The translations under genes and the position numbers were made by a program. This document shows, piece after piece, positions 59,564 through 64,000 of a DNA stretch of 64,000 nt. The stretch's first letter is position 1. Each line of letters opens with the position of its first letter. The notes beneath the pieces were generated by a model. The model had not been told where the DNA came from, searched no databases, and was given only the letters and a program-made list of their open reading frames with translations. The stretch comes from Promethearchaeota archaeon Loki_b32 (lineage in GTDB: Archaea > Asgardarchaeota > Lokiarchaeia > Sigyniarchaeales > SOKP01), in assembly GCA_005223125.1 (NCBI GenBank), contig NJBH01000005.1, positions 6,509 through 70,508 of the forward strand. The letters are read 5' to 3'.

Positions 59564-61522
59564 ATGAAACAAAAGTATGTTACTAACTTATCATATCTAA
59601 AAGTAATAGTTAGACCCAGGTTTCCTAAATTCATTCGAAGATTAAACAAAATTATCATGAGGCATGGTATTGTTCCTTTAGTGAGGATTTTAGGAAAGTT
59701 ATTAGGAATGGGATTTAGCAAGAATGGTGTCAAAAGATATCCTGAATATTTCATAACCTTAAAAGATGGCACAAAATTAGCTACGGACGTGTATGTTCCA
59801 AAGAAGGTTTTTAAGAAAAAAAGCAAGTGTCCTACGATTTTAGTAAGATTACCATATTGGAAAGACAGTATGAGTATATTAGGGTATGTGTATGCTGCTT
59901 ATGGATTTGTGACAATCATCCAAGATATTAGAGGAACAGGTCATTCAAGTGGTTTTAACTATTACTTATTTACAGAAAGAGATGACGGTTTAGAAACTTT
60001 AGAATGGATTTCTAGACAATATTGGTATAATGGTAAAATAGGAATGGCAGGAGCAAGTTATTTTGGGATAACCCAGCTTGCTTTATCTTGGGATAATGAA
60101 TACTTAACTTGTATTGCCCCAGCTATTACATCTACATTGAATCTGTGGATAAATAATGGAGGTTTACAAATTCATGCTCTTACAACTTCGATTTATAGAA
60201 TAATGGTTAATATTGTATCACACCGAGATATTCCTCCGGTAGATACATTAACAAAATTAATGTATGAGAGATATCTAAATCCTAAATATGCTTTATTCAA
60301 TGATTCAGTTAAAAAGAAGGGTGGAATAAGATTATCTCAATTAAAAGGCAAATCTATTAAAGAAGTTCAAGATCTCTTAGTATCATTTTATAATATCAAT
60401 AATTTTGACTCCTCTAAGCGAAATCTCAATATCTATTTTAAATTTCTAAATGATTTCTTAATAACACGAGTTTTGGATAAGGATTCATATAAGATGTCTG
60501 GATTTTTAGAAATGGATGCAAGTAAATTCTCTCAACCTGCTTTCATGTTAGCTGGTTGGCAAGATATGTTTTTTGAACAACAACTAAATGATTTTCTCGA
60601 GATCAAAACGAGTGCTCATGGAGATGCTAAAATATATTCTAAAATGATAATAGGAAGTTGGGCTCATGCTGCGAAGGGTCACCCAGAAAGTCGGATTAGA
60701 AATGCAGGAATGCCACGATTTTTCAGAGAGTTATTGAAGATAGATTGGAACCGCTATTGGCTACTGAATGACAAGAATGCATTTCCCGATATTAATAAAC
60801 CTTCGATAAAATATTGGGTTATGGGAAAAAATATCTGGAGATACACGGAAAATTGGCCGCCTGAGAATATTGAATATAAAAAGGTCCATATTCATTCTGT
60901 CCAAGGGGCAAATAGCATAAAAGGGGATGGTATATTAAATTCCGAAGAACCAAGTAATGAGCCAGAGGATAAGTACATTTTTAATCCGATAAATCCAGTG
61001 ATTACTAAAGGAGGAAGAAACCTAGGTATTTTAAAAGGAGCTCGAAATCAAAAAGATGCTGAAAAGCGAAAAGATGTTTTGATATATTCTACCAAACCAT
61101 TAGAAAAAGGGATTGAAATTACGGGCTCTGTGAAGATGGTACTTTATGCTTCCTCTTCAGCGAAAGATACTGATTTCATGGTTAAGTTAGTAGATGTATA
61201 TCCTCGAGGAAGAGCGATAAATATATTAGATGCGGGAATTCGAGCTCGATTTAGAAATGGCGATGATAATCCCTCTCTTATAGAACCAAGAAAAGTGTAT
61301 AAGTATGAAATAAAATTAGGAAATGCGTCGAATTACTTTAGGAAAGGTCATCAAATAAGAATAGAAATATCTTCAAGTAATTTTCCCAGATTTGATATCA
61401 ACTCAAATTTAGGCGGAGAGGGTCAACCAGCAGATTTTGTCATAGCTGAACAAGAAATATTTCATACAAAGGAGTTTCCTAGTCACCTTATAATCCCCGT
61501 TTTTGAAAGTAAAGAACTTTAA
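59564..61522 (+). CDS. CocE/NonD-family (S15, X-Pro dipeptidyl-peptidase-like) serine hydrolase
   Basis: 652 aa. ITLKDGTKLATDVYVPK, IQDIRGTGHSSG, nucleophile elbow GMAGASYFG and a C-terminal jelly-roll region (HQIRIEISSSNFPRFD). The start could be the Met at 59657. Confidence 0.8.
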   Translation: MKQKYVTNLSYLKVIVRPRFPKFIRRLNKIIMRHGIVPLVRILGKLLGMGFSKNGVKRYPEYFITLKDGTKLATDVYVPKKVFKKKSKCPTILVRLPYWKDSMSILGYVYAAYGFVTIIQDIRGTGHSSGFNYYLFTERDDGLETLEWISRQYWYNGKIGMAGASYFGITQLALSWDNEYLTCIAPAITSTLNLWINNGGLQIHALTTSIYRIMVNIVSHRDIPPVDTLTKLMYERYLNPKYALFNDSVKKKGGIRLSQLKGKSIKEVQDLLVSFYNINNFDSSKRNLNIYFKFLNDFLITRVLDKDSYKMSGFLEMDASKFSQPAFMLAGWQDMFFEQQLNDFLEIKTSAHGDAKIYSKMIIGSWAHAAKGHPESRIRNAGMPRFFRELLKIDWNRYWLLNDKNAFPDINKPSIKYWVMGKNIWRYTENWPPENIEYKKVHIHSVQGANSIKGDGILNSEEPSNEPEDKYIFNPINPVITKGGRNLGILKGARNQKDAEKRKDVLIYSTKPLEKGIEITGSVKMVLYASSSAKDTDFMVKLVDVYPRGRAINILDAGIRARFRNGDDNPSLIEPRKVYKYEIKLGNASNYFRKGHQIRIEISSSNFPRFDINSNLGGEGQPADFVIAEQEIFHTKEFPSHLIIPVFESKEL

Positions 61523-61531
61523 GTTTGTAAG

Positions 61532-61810
61532 TTAGAACACTTTCTCACAATATAATTTTAATTTTCTACCAAATTTATTGATAATTCCTTCTAAAGATAA
61601 GCCCAAATCGGGAATTCCTATCATCTTTCCCTCATCATTACTAAGGAAAATATCTTTTTGTTTCAACTTCAATTCTTTTAATAAGGAGAGATATATCTCA
61701 TGAAATTTTTTTCTCAAATTCGTTTGGCTTAATGAGATTTTTATTATTTCTCCACTCTGAATAATCTTAAAGGATAGAAACTCATCACTCTGCATATTTG
61801 AACGACTCAT
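61532..61810 (-). CDS. Hypothetical small protein
   Basis: 92-aa ORF. No motif. A beta-grasp-like pattern is only a guess. Confidence 0.35.
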   Translation of the reverse strand: MSRSNMQSDEFLSFKIIQSGEIIKISLSQTNLRKKFHEIYLSLLKELKLKQKDIFLSNDEGKMIGIPDLGLSLEGIINKFGRKLKLYCEKVF

Positions 61811-61968
61811 ATTTCTTAAAAAGAAATAAGGCTAGACTTTAATTAAAGCTATTCCATTTTTACAAAATTATCAATAATTCAATGTTGAGTCGTCTTGGAT
61901 GACAATACATAACGAGCTGTTTAAATAAAATTGAAACACTATTATAACTCGCCTAAAAAAAAATAGAG

Positions 61969-63708
61969 GTGAAAAATTTGCCAAAAAGAATATTAAGAGT
62001 AAATATGACCAATCTTGAGAGTCAATTCGAAGATTTACCAGCGGATTATGCTGCTTTAGGTGGCAGAGGGATGACTTCTACTATTGTAGCAAAAGAAGTA
62101 CCCCCAACCTGTAATCCATTAGGAATACATAATAAGTTAGTATTTGCTCCGGGGATCGTAACTGGTACTAAAGCACCCACAAGTGGGAGGCTTTCTGTCG
62201 GCGGAAAGTCTCCTTTAACAGGAGGCATTAAAGAAGCTAATGCAGGCACTCCTTTCGCCCAAATGTTAGCGAGAATGCGGATAGGTGCAATAATAATTGA
62301 GGGTAAACATGCGGGAGATGATTATTATCTTTTAAAAATAACCATGGATGGAACTGAATTTATAAAAGCTAATAAATGGGTTGGAAAGGGATTATATGGT
62401 GTATATAAGGATCTTTTTAAAGAATATGGTGACAAAGTAGGGATAAGTGGTGTGGGAATAGCTGCTGAGCTTCTTGGAGCTATGTCAGGAGTTTGTTTTA
62501 ACGATCCTGAGGGTTTACCCAGCAGATATGCAGGACGAGGCGGATTAGGTGCTGTTATGGCATCTAAAGGGTTAAAATTCATTATAGTTGACGATACAGG
62601 TGCTCCAGGAGTGGAAATTGCGAATGAAGAGGTCTTCTCGCAAGGGATTAAAAAATTAAGAGACGCCCTTACATCTCATGATGTAACTAAGCCAGGTGGA
62701 GCCCTTAATTCATATGGTACCGCCGTATTAGTGAATATAATAAACGAAGCAGGCGGTCTCCCTCAAAGAAACTTTTCTTCGGGTCAAGATGAGGGGGCAG
62801 AAAAAGTATCTGGTGAAGCTAAAGCTGAGGAAATAAAGAAGAGAGGAGGAACACGCCCTCATTTCTGTAATCCAGGATGTATTATTCAATGTTCTGAAGT
62901 TTGGGTAAAACCAAATGGAAAAGACCCAGTTGGTGTTCTTGAATATGAAAGTGTTTGGGCACTTGGACCTAATTGTGCGATCTATAATTTAGATGATATA
63001 GGTGAACTAAATCGAGCGTGTAATGATTTAGGAACAGATACAATCGAAGCAGGTGATACGATCGCCGTAGCAATGGAAGGTGGTTTAATTGAGTTTGGTG
63101 ATGGAAAGGGAGCTATAAAACTAATGGATGAAATTCGCAAAAAAACACCAATAGGTAAAATATTAGCTCAAGGCACTGAAATTACTGGTAAAGTTTTTGG
63201 AGTAACAAGGATTCCTACTGTTAAAGGGCAAGGACTACCAGCATATGATCCAAGAGCAATTAAGGGAATAGGCGTTACATTCGCAACAACTCCTATGGGA
63301 GCTGACCATACTGCTGGTTATGCTATTGCTCCAGAAATCTTAGGTGTTGGTGGAAAGTTAGATCCCCTGAGTCCTGAAAAAGCAGAAGTATCTCGAAACC
63401 TACAATTTGCTACAGCAGCTATTGATGCATCAGGATATTGTCTTTTCATTGCATTTGCGATTCTTGACATTCCTGAAGGATTGCAAGGTGTTGTCGAATC
63501 TTTAAGCGGTGTATTAGGAGCTAATCTAACTGTTGATGATGTTGGACCAATTGGAAAGTCAATTATTGACACAGAACTTGAATTCAATAAAAAAGCAGGA
63601 TTTACAAAAATCCATGATAGACTTCCAGAGTTTTTTCTTGAAGAAAAACTCCCACCGCATAATACGGTATTCGATGTGCCAGATGATGATTTAGATAGTG
63701 TGTTTTAA
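61969..63708 (+). CDS. aor: Aldehyde:ferredoxin oxidoreductase family (tungstopterin) enzyme
   Basis: 579 aa, GTG start. The N-terminal ILRVNMT..LGGRGMTS.., the Cys cluster region HFCNPGCIIQC and the C-terminal HDRLPEFF are typical of the AOR family. Confidence 0.85.
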   Translation: MKNLPKRILRVNMTNLESQFEDLPADYAALGGRGMTSTIVAKEVPPTCNPLGIHNKLVFAPGIVTGTKAPTSGRLSVGGKSPLTGGIKEANAGTPFAQMLARMRIGAIIIEGKHAGDDYYLLKITMDGTEFIKANKWVGKGLYGVYKDLFKEYGDKVGISGVGIAAELLGAMSGVCFNDPEGLPSRYAGRGGLGAVMASKGLKFIIVDDTGAPGVEIANEEVFSQGIKKLRDALTSHDVTKPGGALNSYGTAVLVNIINEAGGLPQRNFSSGQDEGAEKVSGEAKAEEIKKRGGTRPHFCNPGCIIQCSEVWVKPNGKDPVGVLEYESVWALGPNCAIYNLDDIGELNRACNDLGTDTIEAGDTIAVAMEGGLIEFGDGKGAIKLMDEIRKKTPIGKILAQGTEITGKVFGVTRIPTVKGQGLPAYDPRAIKGIGVTFATTPMGADHTAGYAIAPEILGVGGKLDPLSPEKAEVSRNLQFATAAIDASGYCLFIAFAILDIPEGLQGVVESLSGVLGANLTVDDVGPIGKSIIDTELEFNKKAGFTKIHDRLPEFFLEEKLPPHNTVFDVPDDDLDSVF

Positions 63709-63724
63709 GCAAAATTGATTGAAA

Positions 63725-64000
63725 ATGCCAATTGCTTTAAAATTATTCGGAGATTTAAGAAAAAAAGTGGATCCAAAAGTATCAGGAACCTTACCATTAC
63801 GATTAAAGATTGATGATCCAGAAATAACATGGGTATCAGATATACTTAGAAAGTTCATGATTGAAGAAAATGAGGTTAGCCATATTTTTGTAAATGGTCG
63901 ATTTGCTGGATTTAGAAAGAAAGTGAGTAGAGGAGATACTGTAGCATTATTCCCTAAAAACATGGGATTATTATATAAATGGTATTTTAAGCGAGAAGAA
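63725..64000 (+). CDS. MoaD/ThiS-like beta-grasp protein (partial, runs off window end; not in ORF track)
   Basis: ATG at 63725, open to 64000. Translation is MPIALKLFGDLRKKVDP..HIFVNGRFAGFRKKVSRGDTVALFPKNMG.., and the VNG...V..GD.V.lfP pattern is typical of MoaD/ThiS. It starts 17 nt after the aor stop. Confidence 0.45.
   Translation, partial: MPIALKLFGDLRKKVDPKVSGTLPLRLKIDDPEITWVSDILRKFMIEENEVSHIFVNGRFAGFRKKVSRGDTVALFPKNMGLLYKWYFKREE

Noticed and set aside
59482-59826. 114-aa minus-strand ORF
   Set aside because: It overlaps the 3' half of the tRNA-Arg gene and runs antisense to the start of the S15 hydrolase gene. It is spurious.
63691-63963. 90-aa minus-strand ORF
   Set aside because: It is antisense to the better-supported MoaD/ThiS-like ORF that starts at 63725 just after aor.

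Overview
AT-rich (about 30% GC by eye), densely coding archaeal chromosome segment. Archaeal hallmarks are an archaeal-type LeuRS, an Sm-like archaeal protein, a TrmB-like regulator and a tRNA-Arg(CCU) carrying a bulge-helix-bulge intron. Four Ras/Rab-like small GTPases and at least four to five longin/roadblock-like domains in 64 kb suggest an Asgard (Lokiarchaeia-like) genome; this is inference. Contents: (1) acyl-CoA and amino-acid fermentation genes: 4-hydroxybutyryl-CoA dehydratase, thiolase, acetoacetyl-CoA synthetase, ADP-forming acyl-CoA synthetase alpha, class-III aminotransferase, AOR, glycerate 2-kinase, M3B and S15 peptidases. (2) Two giant multi-PAS histidine kinases, one broken by an in-frame TAG plus an A10 frameshift. 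(3) GTPase-centred gene sets. A trio (Rab-like GTPase, TPR protein ending in a longin-like domain, double-wHTH/TPR protein) occurs twice. A third GTPase is co-transcribed with a TrmB-like wHTH protein opposite two unknown genes. A roadblock-GTPase fusion sits just downstream of an orphan histidine kinase. (4) A HEPN/MNT pair, two radical-SAM enzymes, a cold-shock protein with an RGG tail, and a cytosolic FG-GAP propeller / beta-sandwich-repeat / longin-like cluster. (5) Gene decay: an internally deleted lpd, a CoA-transferase 3' remnant, a TPR stub and homopolymer-associated frameshifts. I recognised no rRNA, CRISPR array, transposase or integrase. The best candidate for an undescribed system is the repeated GTPase + TPR/longin + wHTH/TPR module, a possible GTPase switch wired to DNA-binding proteins. 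All functional calls rest on motifs read by eye; no database search was run.
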